Position numbers and translations under genes: made by a program | In this document: positions 9,538 to 20,295 of the stretch, one piece after another | Layout: each line of letters begins with the position of its first letter | How positions within the stretch are numbered: the first letter of the stretch is position 1 | DNA from: an uncultured Pelagibacteraceae bacterium | GTDB taxonomy: Bacteria; Pseudomonadota; Alphaproteobacteria; Pelagibacterales; Pelagibacteraceae | Length of the DNA: 64,000 nt | Direction of reading: 5' to 3' | NCBI GenBank assembly: GCA_902618485.1 | Contig: CACNAR010000003.1 | Location: 32,268-96,267, forward strand | The notes under the pieces: generated by a model | Databases searched by the model: none | Told to the model about the DNA's origin: nothing | What the model saw: the letters and a program-made list of their open reading frames with translations, nothing else

Positions 9538-12114
9538 CTATTTTTTTTTCTTTTTTTTATTTTTATCGTATTCTTTTCTTTTCTCAATTAGAATTAATGC
9601 ATCTTCCATAGTTAGTTCATTTGGATCTTTTTCTTCTGGTATTGTGGCATTTAGAGATTTGTACTTAATGTATGGACCATATTGTCCTTTCATAATTCTA
9701 ACTGGTTTGCCATCTTCAGGGTGTGTACCGAGGTCTTTTATGATAGATGAAGACATTCGGCCTGGTTTAGCCTCAGCAATTAAAGTTATTGCTCTGTTTA
9801 AACCAATAGAGAAAATTTCTTCTATGTTTTCAATTCTCGCTGATTTATTTTCACATTTTAAATAGGGACCAAACCTTCCAGTATTTAGAGTTATCTCTTT
9901 TTGATTTTCTGGGTTGAGACCTAAAGATTTTGGTAGAGAACATAAAAATTGAGCTTTTTCCAAATCAATATCTTTTAAATCTAAACCTTTAGGAATCGAT
10001 ACATTTTTTAAGAGTTCGTTAACTTCAGTTTTAGATTTCTTTTTCTTTTTCTTTTTCTTTATACTTTCCTCTAGTTCTTGTTCACTTAAATTTTTTTCAT
10101 ATTGAAGATAGGGTCCAAATCTTCCATTTTTCAAATATATATCATTACCATTTTCGTGTTTTCCAATAAATTTTGGTTCAGCTAGTTGAGCTTGAGCTGC
10201 AGCTTTTGCTTTGGATAATGGCCGTGTAAATTTACAATCAGGATAATTTGAGCATCCTATAAAAGCTCCTCCTCTAAAACTATTTTTCAAACTGAGTGTG
10301 CCTTTGCTGCATAATTGGCATTTTCTGACTATATTTCCCTCATTATCCTTATCAAAAATGAGTTCACCCAAACTATCATTAAGTAAATCTAAAACCTCTC
10401 TGGTTCTTTTTTCCTTTACCTTAGAAACATTGTTATTAAAGTCTTTCCAAAATAATTCTAAAACTTTAATCCAACTTTCTTTACCAGAGGTAATCTCATC
10501 TAATTGGTCTTCCAATCCTGCAGTAAAATTATAATCTACATATCTTGAGAACAATTTTTCTAAGAAAGCAGAAATTAATTTTCCTCTATCTGTAGGAAAA
10601 AATCTTTTATTTAGTATTTCAGCGTATCCTCTGTTAGCTATCGTAGAGATAATGCTTGCATATGTTGATGGTCTACCGATTCCAAGTTCTTCTAATTTTT
10701 TTACTAAACTTGCTTCAGAGTATCTTGGCGGAGGTTGTGTAAAATGCTGTTCATCTATTAAAGATTCAATATTTATTGAACCCTTTTTCATAGTTGGCAA
10801 TATACTTTCATCTTCATCTTTATTTTGGTTATTATAGATTTTTAAAAATCCATCAAATTTGAGAACAGACCCACTAGCTTTACAAACCGTATCATTATTA
10901 TGAGAATTAATAGTAATTGTATTTCTATCAAATTTTGCAGATGACATTTGAGAAGACAAAGCTCGACTCCAAATTAAGTCGTATAATTTATTTTGATCGG
11001 TGCTTAAATATTTTTTAACACTTTGGGGAGTTCTGATTATATCTGTAGGTCTAATTGCTTCATGAGCTTCTTGTGCATTTTTAGCTTTTTTTCCTGAATA
11101 GTTTAGAGAGTTTTCAGGCAAATATTCATTACCAATTTCCTTTTTAATATAGTCTCTAAAAGCTGAGACTGCATCTTTTGACAAATTTGTTCCATCAGTT
11201 CTCATATATGTAATCAAACCTATAGTTTCTCCATCTATTTCTATCCCTTGGTAAAGTTTTTGCGCAATTTGCATTGTTCTTGATGCGCCAAAACCTAGTC
11301 TACTTGAGGCTGTTTGTTGTAGTGTAGATGTTGTGAAAGGTCCTGAGGGATTTCTATTTATAATTTTACTTGAAATATCAGTAATACTAAATTTTTTTTT
11401 ATTAATAATTGATATAGCTTTATTTATTTCCTCTTTATTTCTAAAAGAAAATTTTTCTATTTTGTTATTTTCAAGTTGACTTATACTTGCAGTTATAACT
11501 TGGTTGTTTTTATCTTTAAATTTAACACTTAAAGTCCAGAATTCCTCTGGATTAAATGACTCAATTTCATGCTCTCTCTCAGTTATTAACTTTAATGCTA
11601 CAGACTGAACTCTCCCAGCAGACTTCGAGCCTGGTAATTTAGTCCAAAGAATAGGTGAAATGTTAAAACCAACTAAGTAGTCTAAAGCTCTTCTAGCCAT
11701 ATAAGCATCTACTAACAAAGGTTCAATTTGTCTTGGATTATCAATACCATGTAATACAGCTTTTTTTGTAATTTCGTTAAAAACAACTCTTTCAATTTCC
11801 TTATCTTTTAAAAGTTTTTTTTCATTTAAATATTCTTTTACATGCCATGCTATTGCTTCACCTTCACGATCAGGGTCAGTAGCAAGGATAATTTTAGAGG
11901 AGTCTTTTGCTGCATCAGTTATTTCTTTAAGATATTTTTTTGAAAAACTGTCTATTTCCCACTCCATTTTAAAGTCATGATCAGGATCAACAGAGCCATT
12001 TTTTGAGGGTAAATCTCTTATGTGTCCATAACTTGCTAAAACTTTATAATCATCACCTAAATATTTATTTATGGTTTTTGCTTTAGCAGGACTTTCTACA
12101 ATCACCAAGTTCAT
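9538..12114 (-). CDS. topA: DNA topoisomerase I
   Basis: MNLVIVESPAKAKTI Toprim start, DPDREGE, active-site region GLITYMRTD, one CxxC...C zinc finger, Lys-rich C-terminal repeats. Confidence 0.96.
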   Translation of the reverse strand: MNLVIVESPAKAKTINKYLGDDYKVLASYGHIRDLPSKNGSVDPDHDFKMEWEIDSFSKKYLKEITDAAKDSSKIILATDPDREGEAIAWHVKEYLNEKKLLKDKEIERVVFNEITKKAVLHGIDNPRQIEPLLVDAYMARRALDYLVGFNISPILWTKLPGSKSAGRVQSVALKLITEREHEIESFNPEEFWTLSVKFKDKNNQVITASISQLENNKIEKFSFRNKEEINKAISIINKKKFSITDISSKIINRNPSGPFTTSTLQQTASSRLGFGASRTMQIAQKLYQGIEIDGETIGLITYMRTDGTNLSKDAVSAFRDYIKKEIGNEYLPENSLNYSGKKAKNAQEAHEAIRPTDIIRTPQSVKKYLSTDQNKLYDLIWSRALSSQMSSAKFDRNTITINSHNNDTVCKASGSVLKFDGFLKIYNNQNKDEDESILPTMKKGSINIESLIDEQHFTQPPPRYSEASLVKKLEELGIGRPSTYASIISTIANRGYAEILNKRFFPTDRGKLISAFLEKLFSRYVDYNFTAGLEDQLDEITSGKESWIKVLELFWKDFNNNVSKVKEKRTREVLDLLNDSLGELIFDKDNEGNIVRKCQLCSKGTLSLKNSFRGGAFIGCSNYPDCKFTRPLSKAKAAAQAQLAEPKFIGKHENGNDIYLKNGRFGPYLQYEKNLSEQELEESIKKKKKKKKSKTEVNELLKNVSIPKGLDLKDIDLEKAQFLCSLPKSLGLNPENQKEITLNTGRFGPYLKCENKSARIENIEEIFSIGLNRAITLIAEAKPGRMSSSIIKDLGTHPEDGKPVRIMKGQYGPYIKYKSLNATIPEEKDPNELTMEDALILIEKRKEYDKNKKKKKK

Positions 12115-12150
12115 TAACTACAAACTACTCAAATGAGTTAGATAGTCAAA

Positions 12151-12729
12151 TTAATAAATTTTTGTCTTTGTTTCTTCTTTATTTTTCAATCTTTTAATAT
12201 TTTCTCTGTGAGTAAAAAATATCAAAATAAACATAATAGTAAAAAAAATCACTTGATTAAATTGTGATGAAAATAACAAATATATCGGAATAGAAATTGA
12301 TGCAACTAATGAAGCTAATGATGAATATTTAGAAAGACCAAATGTTATAAGCCAAGAAATTATAAAGATTAAACTCAAATAAATATTTAATGCAAATAAA
12401 ATTCCTAAATAAGTCGCAACACCCTTACCACCTTTGAATTTTAACCAGATAGGAAAAACATGACCCAAGAAAGCACAAAGTGAAGACACATAAACTAATT
12501 CTGGAAAATAAATTTTAACATAAATAACTGGAATGATAGCTTTAAGAATATCAAAAATTAAAGTTGTATAACCAATGATTTTATTTCCTGTTCTGAGAGC
12601 ATTTGTGGCACCTATATTTCCGGAACCTATTTCTCTAATATCTTTTTTTAAAAAGATTTTTGTTAATAATAAACCAAATGGAATTGATCCCATTAGGTAC
12701 GAAATAATACCAACAATTAAAATTTCCAT
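12151..12729 (-). CDS. plsY: glycerol-3-phosphate acyltransferase PlsY
   Basis: GSIPFGLLL...GSGNIGATNALR...KGGKGVAT motifs; multi-TM protein. Confidence 0.92.
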   Translation of the reverse strand: MEILIVGIISYLMGSIPFGLLLTKIFLKKDIREIGSGNIGATNALRTGNKIIGYTTLIFDILKAIIPVIYVKIYFPELVYVSSLCAFLGHVFPIWLKFKGGKGVATYLGILFALNIYLSLIFIISWLITFGLSKYSSLASLVASISIPIYLLFSSQFNQVIFFTIMFILIFFTHRENIKRLKNKEETKTKIY

Positions 12730-12730
12730 A

Positions 12731-14017
12731 TTATAACTTAAATAATTCTTTTCCTTTTACAAACGTATTTGTAACTTTACCTTGAAGTTTTTTATCTTCT
12801 ATTGATGTATTTTTTGATTTTGATATTAGTTTTTCTTTTTTTACAATCCAAGGTTTATCTAAGTCGACAATACAAAAGTCGGCATCATTACCAATTGACA
12901 GATTGCCTTTATCAATTTTAAGAATTTTTGCTGGGTTTGAAGTCATAGCTTTAATTATAGTTTCTAATTTGAGTGACTCATTATGATACAGTTCTAAACT
13001 TAACGATAACAGAGTCTCAATTCCTGACGCACCAGTTGCTGCTTGTGCAAAAGTAAGTCTTTTTGATTCTTCGTCCTCAGGTTTATGATCAGATACGATT
13101 ACATCTATCAATTCACTTTTTAATCCTTGAATTAGAGCCAATCTATCTTCCTCTCTTCTTAAAGGTGGTGAGAGTTTTAAAAAAGTTTTAAAGTCACCAA
13201 TATCATTTTCATTTAATGAAAGATTATTGATTGATACACCGGAAGAAAATTTAACAATTTCTTTTCTATGCTTGAGCACTTCAACTGATTTTTGTGATGA
13301 AAGTTGGGAAATATGATATCTACATTTAACTTTTTCCAATAAAGTTAAATCTCTTTCTATTAAAACTCTCTCAGCTATTTCTGGTATTCCAGACAAACCT
13401 AATTTTGTTGCAATTATGCCCGAATTTATCATTCCATTTTTAGCAAGTTCATAATCCTCAGCATGTTGCATAATTAAACATCCGAGGTCTTTTGCAGAAT
13501 TCATAATTCTTGACATTAATCTTGGATTTTGGATTGTCCTAATTCCATCTGTAAATGCAATAATCCCTTTTTTTTGTAAGAGGCCGAATTCAGTCATGTT
13601 AGAACCCTCAATATTTTTAGTTAGTGATGCACATGGAAAAATATTAATTTTAGATTTATCTCTTCCTCTCCTTTTTAAAAAATCAACTATCGATACGTTA
13701 TCAATAATTGGATTAGTATTAGGCATGGTGACTACTGAGGTTACTCCACCTGAAAGGGCTGCGTCACTAAGTGTTCTAAAGTTTTCTTTATACTCAAAAC
13801 CAGGTTCACCAACAAAAACCCTCATATCAACTAATCCTGGAAAAAGGTGCTTTCCCTTTAAATCCACTGGTTTTTCGCGAGTTGGAAGATTATTTGTATT
13901 TACTTTTTTTCCTACAGCTTCAATTTTACCATCTTCACCAATAATTAAACCACCAACTTCATTAATAGAATTATGAGGGTCAACTATATTTGCATTTATA
14001 AAATATTGTTTTTTCAT
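12731..14017 (-). CDS. dihydroorotase-like protein, probably non-catalytic PyrC'
   Basis: Amidohydrolase/DHOase fold downstream of pyrB with a TAATG overlap (start taken at 14017, MKKQYF...). The metal-binding HxH is replaced (PGLVDMRVFVGEPG), and other His positions are replaced too (GVSINNLSL where active enzymes have PHH). Confidence 0.85.
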   Translation of the reverse strand: MKKQYFINANIVDPHNSINEVGGLIIGEDGKIEAVGKKVNTNNLPTREKPVDLKGKHLFPGLVDMRVFVGEPGFEYKENFRTLSDAALSGGVTSVVTMPNTNPIIDNVSIVDFLKRRGRDKSKINIFPCASLTKNIEGSNMTEFGLLQKKGIIAFTDGIRTIQNPRLMSRIMNSAKDLGCLIMQHAEDYELAKNGMINSGIIATKLGLSGIPEIAERVLIERDLTLLEKVKCRYHISQLSSQKSVEVLKHRKEIVKFSSGVSINNLSLNENDIGDFKTFLKLSPPLRREEDRLALIQGLKSELIDVIVSDHKPEDEESKRLTFAQAATGASGIETLLSLSLELYHNESLKLETIIKAMTSNPAKILKIDKGNLSIGNDADFCIVDLDKPWIVKKEKLISKSKNTSIEDKKLQGKVTNTFVKGKELFKL

Positions 14018-14967
14018 TATGTACAAAATATTTTTAAGCAAGCCATTCTTACTGCAACGCCAAGTTCAACTTGTTCTTTAATTACACTTTTATTAATATC
14101 ATCTGCAAGAATTGTATCTATTTCGATTCCTCTATTCATTGGACCTGGATGCATTATCAATGCATCTGATTTTGCATATTCTAATTTATCTGGTGTTAGT
14201 CCAAAATATTCATAATATTCTCTGTTTGATGAAAGATATGAACTACTCATTCTTTCATTTTGTAATCTTAACATCATAACGATGTCACAATCTTTTAATC
14301 CTTTTTTCATATCAGTAAAAGGGTTCACGCCAAATCTATCTATTTCTTTGGGCATTAAATTAGTTGGTCCAATAATATTTACCTCGGCTCCAAGCATATT
14401 TAGTAAATAGATATTTGATCTAGCTACTCTAGAATGTAATATATCTCCGCAAATTGCTATTTTTAAACCCTCTATTTTTTTTTTACGGTTAATGATTGTT
14501 AAAGCATCAAGTAAAGCTTGTGTTGGATGTTCACGTCTACCATCACCTGCATTTAAAACCGCACAATTAACTTTTTGTGAAAGTAAATTACATGCACCAG
14601 AATCTTGATGTCTAATGACAATAATATCTGGATGCATAGCGTTTAATGTCATTGCAGTATCAATTAACGTTTCTCCTTTTTTTATGGCTGAATTGCTAAT
14701 GTTCATAGACATTACATCAGCTCCAAGTCTTTTTCCTGCAAGTTCAAAAGAACTTTGTGTTCTTGTGGATGGCTCAAAAAATAAATTTATTTGAGTTTTA
14801 CCTTTTAGCACATCTATTTTTTTGTTTTTACTTTGATTAACCTTTATAAAGTCTTTAGCTTCATCAAGTATTAAATTTACATCATTTATTGATAAATCTT
14901 GGATTCCTAACAAATGTTTTTGGGAAATTTTAATAGCTTTATTAGATGGTATTGCCATTAAAACCAA
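14017..14967 (-). CDS. pyrB: aspartate carbamoyltransferase catalytic chain
   Basis: [15 protein letters not shown] (STRT motif), [16 protein letters not shown] motifs. Confidence 0.95.
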   Translation of the reverse strand: MVLMAIPSNKAIKISQKHLLGIQDLSINDVNLILDEAKDFIKVNQSKNKKIDVLKGKTQINLFFEPSTRTQSSFELAGKRLGADVMSMNISNSAIKKGETLIDTAMTLNAMHPDIIVIRHQDSGACNLLSQKVNCAVLNAGDGRREHPTQALLDALTIINRKKKIEGLKIAICGDILHSRVARSNIYLLNMLGAEVNIIGPTNLMPKEIDRFGVNPFTDMKKGLKDCDIVMMLRLQNERMSSSYLSSNREYYEYFGLTPDKLEYAKSDALIMHPGPMNRGIEIDTILADDINKSVIKEQVELGVAVRMACLKIFCT

Positions 14968-15000
14968 CTCTATAACTATAATTCTTTACAATAGCAAGTA

Positions 15001-15456
15001 TTAATTATTTAAAAAATCAATTGCACCCTGTAATATAAATGCAGCTGCATTCTCATCAATTTTTTTTTCCCTTTTTGTAACATTTACGTCCAATTGGCTT
15101 GATAAATTAAAAGCCCCAACTGTTGATAATCTTTCATCCCACAAACAAACAGGTATATTAATATTCTTCTCTATGTTTTTAGATACGTCTTTAATTGACT
15201 GAGTTGATCTGCCCGATGAACCATCCATATTAAGAGGATTTCCAATTATGATAGCTCCTATGTTATTTTCCTTAATAATTTCCTTTAATTCTATTATTAG
15301 TTTTTCAGATGAAGTTTTGACAATAGTTCTAAATGGTGTTGCAATTAATTGCTTCTCATCACATATTGAAACACCGATTCTTTTAGAACCAAGGTCTAAT
15401 CCTATTAATCTACACTTATCTGAGTGTTTTTTTTTGAATTCATCTAATGTCACCAT
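15001..15456 (-). CDS. ruvX: YqgF/RuvX putative pre-16S rRNA nuclease
   Basis: IGLDLGSKRIGVSICD N-terminal motif and WDERLST motif. Confidence 0.88.
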   Translation of the reverse strand: MVTLDEFKKKHSDKCRLIGLDLGSKRIGVSICDEKQLIATPFRTIVKTSSEKLIIELKEIIKENNIGAIIIGNPLNMDGSSGRSTQSIKDVSKNIEKNINIPVCLWDERLSTVGAFNLSSQLDVNVTKREKKIDENAAAFILQGAIDFLNN

Positions 15457-15506
15457 ATTGTATAATTTTAACTTAAGTGATAGTTTTCGTCATATTTAAA
15501 TAGCAT

Positions 15507-15794
15507 ATGAGCATAGATCTTAAAACAATAAAACATATTTCTAAATTATCAAGAATTTCAGTTGATGACCAAAGAGCTAAAAAATTAGTTGGTGATTTAA
15601 ATTCAATTTTTGATTTTATTGAAAAGCTTAATGAATTAAAAACAGAAAATGTTAAACCGTTAACATCTATCGCTGAAACAACATTAAAATTAAGGTCTGA
15701 TGAGGTTCAAAGTAAGAATATCAGAAAAGAAATAATTAAGAATTCTCCTCAAGATAATGAAGATTATTTTGTTGTACCTAAGGTTATTGAGTGA
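15507..15794 (+). CDS. gatC: Asp/Glu-tRNA(Asn/Gln) amidotransferase subunit C
   Basis: 95 aa, IKHISKLSRISVDD...; first gene of a gatCAB operon. Confidence 0.9.
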   Translation: MSIDLKTIKHISKLSRISVDDQRAKKLVGDLNSIFDFIEKLNELKTENVKPLTSIAETTLKLRSDEVQSKNIRKEIIKNSPQDNEDYFVVPKVIE

Positions 15795-17251
15795 TGTCAG
15801 ATATAACTAAACAATCTCTGACAGAATTAGTTGAAAGTATTAAAAATAAAAAACTTTCTTCATCAGAAGTTACGAAAGCCTTTATTGAAAGATCTGAAAA
15901 ATCAAAAGTGCTTAATGCTTTTATTACTGAAGACTTCACATCCGCTTTAGATAAAGCAAAAAAATTTGATCAAAAACCTAATTTAGATTTAAAATTACCT
16001 GGTATTCCAATGGCCATTAAAGATTTATTTTGTACAAAGAATATTAAAACAACTGCTGGTAGCAAGATTTTAAATAATTTTGTGCCAACATACGAGTCAA
16101 CTGTAACAGAAAATATTTGGAATGAAGGTGCAATTCTTTTGGGTAAGTTAAATTGTGATGAGTTTGCAATGGGCTCCTCGAATGAGACTAGTTTTTTTGG
16201 CAATGTCCAAAATCCTATTGATAAAAATTTAGTACCAGGTGGTTCCTCTGGAGGATCTGCATCAGCTGTTGCTGGACAATTAACACCGATTACAATTGGT
16301 ACAGATACCGGTGGATCAATAAGACAGCCAGCTTCTTTCACTGGAACAGTTGGCTTAAAACCAACCTATGGTAGTTGTTCAAGATATGGAATTGTTGCTT
16401 TTGCTTCTTCCTTAGATCAAGCAGGACCAATGGCACAAAACGTTAAAGATTGTGCTTTACTTCAGGAAGTAATCAGTAGTTTTGATGCGAAAGATTCAAC
16501 TTCAATAGATTTTAAAAGAAGTCATTATAGTAAAGATCTTACAAATAATATTAAAGGAAAAAAAATTGGAATACCAAAAGAATACAGAGTTGATGGTATG
16601 CCTAAAGAAATTGATGACCTCTGGCAAAAAGGTATTGAATATGTAAAAGATTGTGGTGCAGAAATTATAAACATTTCACTTCCGCATACTAGTTATGCTC
16701 TGCCGACTTATTATATAGTTGCTCCGGCCGAAGCATCTTCAAATTTAGCAAGATATGACGGTGTTAAGTATGGATTTAGAGCAAATGGTAAAAATTTAAT
16801 TGATATGTATGAAAAAACTAGGTCGGAAGGTTTTGGTGCGGAAGTTCAAAGAAGGATTATGATTGGAACTTATGTTCTATCTTCAGGGTATTATGATGCA
16901 TATTATTTAAAAGCTCAAAAGGTTAGAAGGTTAATTAAAAATGATTTTGATGAAGCATACAAAAAAGTAGACGCAATTTTAACACCATCTACACCTAGCT
17001 CAGCTTTCAAAATTGGTGAAAAAACAAATGATCCTGTTTCTATGTATCTCAATGATATATTTACAGTGCCTGTTAATTTAGCTGGTTTACCAGGTATTTC
17101 AATTCCTGCAGGACATGACACAAAAGGTTATCCCCTTGGTTTACAAATAATTGGTAAAGCATTTGATGAACAAAATATATTGAATATTGCATTTGCAATG
17201 GAAGAAAAAATAAATTTTAAAAATAAAATCACTGATTGGTGGATTAAATGA
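15791..17251 (+). CDS. gatA: Asp/Glu-tRNA(Asn/Gln) amidotransferase subunit A
   Basis: Amidase signature [12 protein letters not shown]...[15 protein letters not shown] overlap with gatC. Confidence 0.95.
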   Translation: MMSDITKQSLTELVESIKNKKLSSSEVTKAFIERSEKSKVLNAFITEDFTSALDKAKKFDQKPNLDLKLPGIPMAIKDLFCTKNIKTTAGSKILNNFVPTYESTVTENIWNEGAILLGKLNCDEFAMGSSNETSFFGNVQNPIDKNLVPGGSSGGSASAVAGQLTPITIGTDTGGSIRQPASFTGTVGLKPTYGSCSRYGIVAFASSLDQAGPMAQNVKDCALLQEVISSFDAKDSTSIDFKRSHYSKDLTNNIKGKKIGIPKEYRVDGMPKEIDDLWQKGIEYVKDCGAEIINISLPHTSYALPTYYIVAPAEASSNLARYDGVKYGFRANGKNLIDMYEKTRSEGFGAEVQRRIMIGTYVLSSGYYDAYYLKAQKVRRLIKNDFDEAYKKVDAILTPSTPSSAFKIGEKTNDPVSMYLNDIFTVPVNLAGLPGISIPAGHDTKGYPLGLQIIGKAFDEQNILNIAFAMEEKINFKNKITDWWIK

Positions 17252-18723
17252 GTAAAAAGAGTCGAGAATATTTGATTAATCGTAAAGACAATCAATATGA
17301 AGTTGTAATAGGTTTAGAAGTTCATGCTCAAGTATTATCCAAGTCAAAGTTATTTTCTAATTCTGCTACAAAATTTGGTGCTGAACCTAATACTCAAGTA
17401 AGTTTAGTTGATGCAGCTTTTCCAGGTATGCTACCAGTAATAAATGAATTTTGTGTTAAACAAGCAATAAAAACCGGTATAGGTCTTAATGCAAAAATAA
17501 ATAAACGCTCAGTTTTTGATAGAAAAAATTATTTTTACGCAGATTTACCACAAGGATATCAAATTTCACAATTTAAAGATCCAATAGTGGGTGAGGGTAA
17601 AGTTATTATAGATTTGCCTGACGGTCATAAAGAAGTAGGTATAGAAAGATTACATTTAGAACAAGATGCAGGAAAGAGTATACATGATTTAGATCCTCAA
17701 AATACTTTTGTCGATTTGAATAGATCAGGAGTAGCTTTAATGGAAATTGTAAGTAAACCAGATCTTAGATCCCCAGATGAGGTAAGTATATATATAAAAA
17801 AATTGAGATCAATCATGCGATATTTAGGAACTTGTGATGGAAATATGCAAGAAGGATCATTAAGAGCAGATGTTAATGTATCCGTAAGGGAAAAAGGGTC
17901 AAAAGAGTTTGGAACAAGATGTGAAATTAAAAATGTAAACTCGATTAAATTTATGCAAATGGCTATAGAATATGAGGCTAATAGACAAGTTGATTTAATT
18001 GAAGAAGGTAAAACAATTAATCAGGAAACTAGATTATTTGACACTAAGAAAAACGAGACAAGATCAATGAGATCCAAAGAAGATGCTCATGACTATAGAT
18101 ATTTCCCTGATCCAGATTTATTACCATTAGAAGTCTCAGACGAATTTGTAAACAAACTTAGAAGTGAAATTCCAGAGTTACCTGATGATAAGAAGAAAAG
18201 ATTTATTAATGAATTTAAGTTATCAGCTTATGAAGCAACAATTTTAGTTACTGATATAGAAATAGCAAAATATTTTGAAGAAGTTGTAGCAAAAATGGGC
18301 AAGAATAAAGATATGAAACTTGCAGTCAATTGGATTACAGGAGAGCTCTTTGCTGTTTTAAATAGTAAAAATTTAGAAATTACACAAAGCCCAGTAAGTG
18401 CAAAAAATTTAGCAATATTAGTAAATTTAATTAAGAATGGAACAATTTCAGGAAAAATTGCTAAAACAGTTTTTGAACTAATGTTAAAGAATGACGAAGA
18501 TCCTCAAAAAATTGTTGAAGAAAAAGGCTTAAAACAACAAAGCGATCCAAAAGCATTAGAGGTATTGATAGATAAGATAATTAACAATAATAGAGAAAAA
18601 GCTATTGAATACAAGCAAGGTAAAGAAAAACTTTTTGGTTTTTTTGTAGGTCAAGCTATGAAAGCCTCTGGTGGAAAAGCAAATCCTCAATTAATTAATG
18701 AGATCTTAAAAAAAAAATTATAA
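17248..18723 (+). CDS. gatB: Asp/Glu-tRNA(Asn/Gln) amidotransferase subunit B
   Basis: [13 protein letters not shown]..., [28 protein letters not shown] motifs. ATGA overlap with gatA. Confidence 0.95.
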   Translation: MSKKSREYLINRKDNQYEVVIGLEVHAQVLSKSKLFSNSATKFGAEPNTQVSLVDAAFPGMLPVINEFCVKQAIKTGIGLNAKINKRSVFDRKNYFYADLPQGYQISQFKDPIVGEGKVIIDLPDGHKEVGIERLHLEQDAGKSIHDLDPQNTFVDLNRSGVALMEIVSKPDLRSPDEVSIYIKKLRSIMRYLGTCDGNMQEGSLRADVNVSVREKGSKEFGTRCEIKNVNSIKFMQMAIEYEANRQVDLIEEGKTINQETRLFDTKKNETRSMRSKEDAHDYRYFPDPDLLPLEVSDEFVNKLRSEIPELPDDKKKRFINEFKLSAYEATILVTDIEIAKYFEEVVAKMGKNKDMKLAVNWITGELFAVLNSKNLEITQSPVSAKNLAILVNLIKNGTISGKIAKTVFELMLKNDEDPQKIVEEKGLKQQSDPKALEVLIDKIINNNREKAIEYKQGKEKLFGFFVGQAMKASGGKANPQLINEILKKKL

Positions 18724-18728
18724 GGGTT

Positions 18729-19379
18729 ATGGGTTCTGACCTAAATATTACAAAGCATTTACAAGATTATATATTAAAACATGGTTTAAAACTTCATCCA
18801 GTGCAAAAGGAAATAATTAATTATAATCTTAAATTAGGTGATATTAAAAGAATGCAAATATCAATATCACAATGTCAATTTCTTCATTTAATTATTAAAG
18901 TTTCTAAAATTAAAAAAGTATTAGAAATCGGAACCTTCACTGGTCTAAGTACATTATCCATGGCATTAGCTTTACCTGATAACGGAGAAATCATTGCTTT
19001 AGATAAAAATAGAAAGACTAATAAAATTGCTGTTAATTTTTTTAAAAAAGCTGAGCAAAATCATAAGATAAAGACAATTATAAAACCAGCCTTAGAATCT
19101 CTAATTAAGATTAGAAATAAAAAATTTGATTTAGTTTTTATAGATGCAGATAAAATGAATTATAAAAAGTATTATGAAATTTCTTTAGACTTATTAAATA
19201 AAGGAGGTTTAGTAATAATTGATAATGTATTATGGCATGGAGAAGTAGTTGATAAAAGAATAAATGATAAATTTACTAAAAATATAAGAGAACTGAATAA
19301 CTTTATATCAAAAGACAAACGAATAGAAAAAGTAATTGTGCCTTTTGGTGATGGAATGAGTGTTTGTAGGAAAGTTTAA
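18729..19379 (+). CDS. class I SAM-dependent, cation-dependent O-methyltransferase (caffeoyl-CoA OMT / TrmR (YrrM)-like family)
   Basis: VLEIGTFTGLSTLSMALALP SAM motif, DLVFIDADK, GGLVIIDNVLW, C-terminal PFGDGMSVCRK. Its stop overlaps the trhO start (TAATG). Confidence 0.8.
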   Translation: MGSDLNITKHLQDYILKHGLKLHPVQKEIINYNLKLGDIKRMQISISQCQFLHLIIKVSKIKKVLEIGTFTGLSTLSMALALPDNGEIIALDKNRKTNKIAVNFFKKAEQNHKIKTIIKPALESLIKIRNKKFDLVFIDADKMNYKKYYEISLDLLNKGGLVIIDNVLWHGEVVDKRINDKFTKNIRELNNFISKDKRIEKVIVPFGDGMSVCRKV

Positions 19380-20284
19380 TGTTTACAGTATTTGGTTTTT
19401 ATAAATTTAAACAAATTAATAATTTAAATAGAAATAAAAAATTATTAAATAATCTTTTTCTTAAAAAAAATATTAGAGGAACAATTATAATTTCTAGAGA
19501 AGGAATCAATGGATCTTTATCTGGAAAAAATAAAGACTTAAATGAAACAATTAGAAAAATTAAGACTATCTTTAAATTAAAAGAGTTTAATAGTTTTAAC
19601 AAGTCAATCAGCAAATTTCAACCTTATCATAAACCAAAAATAAAAATTAAAAAAGAGTTAGTACCAATGAGTTTAGATATAAAAAATGAAATTCAAAAAA
19701 TTAATAATTATATAGAACCAAACAAATGGAATAAACTAATTAAAAGTAAAAAAACATTTTTATTAGATGCGAGAAAACCTTTTGAAAATAAAGTAGGATC
19801 CTTCAACAATGCTTTCAATCCTAATGTAGATAATTTTAGGGATTTTCCCAAATATTTAAAACGATTAAAAAAGCAACAGCCTATAGCTATGTTTTGCACT
19901 GGTGGTATTAGGTGTGAAAAAGCTTCTGTATTTTTAAAAAAAAAAGGTTTTGAAAATGTTTATCAATTAAAAGGAGGCATACTAAATTACTTAAAAAAAA
20001 TCAAAAAAAAGGATAGTTTATGGAAAGGGGAGTGCTTTGTTTTTGATAATCGAGTAAGTTTAAAACATGGCCTATTACAAGGCTCTTATTCGGTTTGTAG
20101 TGGGTGCAGAAAACCAATTTCATCAAAAGATAAAAAATCTAAAATGTACGAGGAGGGTGTATCTTGTCCAAGTTGTTATAGTAAACTCACTAAAAAACAA
20201 AAATCTCGTTTTAGAATGAGGCAAAGTCAGATATATAAAGCAAAGTTATCAGGAAAAAAGTATAATTTTCAAAAAGAATATTAG
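19379..20284 (+). CDS. trhO: rhodanese-domain tRNA U34 hydroxylase TrhO (YceA family)
   Basis: N-terminal IRGTIIISREGINGSLSG, rhodanese active-site loop MFCTGGIRCEKAS, C-terminal Cys cluster (CSGCRKP...CPSC). Confidence 0.85.
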   Translation: MFTVFGFYKFKQINNLNRNKKLLNNLFLKKNIRGTIIISREGINGSLSGKNKDLNETIRKIKTIFKLKEFNSFNKSISKFQPYHKPKIKIKKELVPMSLDIKNEIQKINNYIEPNKWNKLIKSKKTFLLDARKPFENKVGSFNNAFNPNVDNFRDFPKYLKRLKKQQPIAMFCTGGIRCEKASVFLKKKGFENVYQLKGGILNYLKKIKKKDSLWKGECFVFDNRVSLKHGLLQGSYSVCSGCRKPISSKDKKSKMYEEGVSCPSCYSKLTKKQKSRFRMRQSQIYKAKLSGKKYNFQKEY

Positions 20285-20295
20285 TAGGAATTAAT

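Noticed and set aside
10020-10070. Short tandem CTTTTT repeats (CTTTTTCTTTTTCTTTTTCTTT) and other poly-A/T runs that might look like repeat arrays. Also scanned the whole window for CRISPR-like spaced repeats.
   Set aside because: The run simply encodes the Lys tract KKKKKKKKSK of TopA on the minus strand. No regularly spaced direct repeats of 20-40 bp, and no cas-like genes, were seen anywhere in the window.
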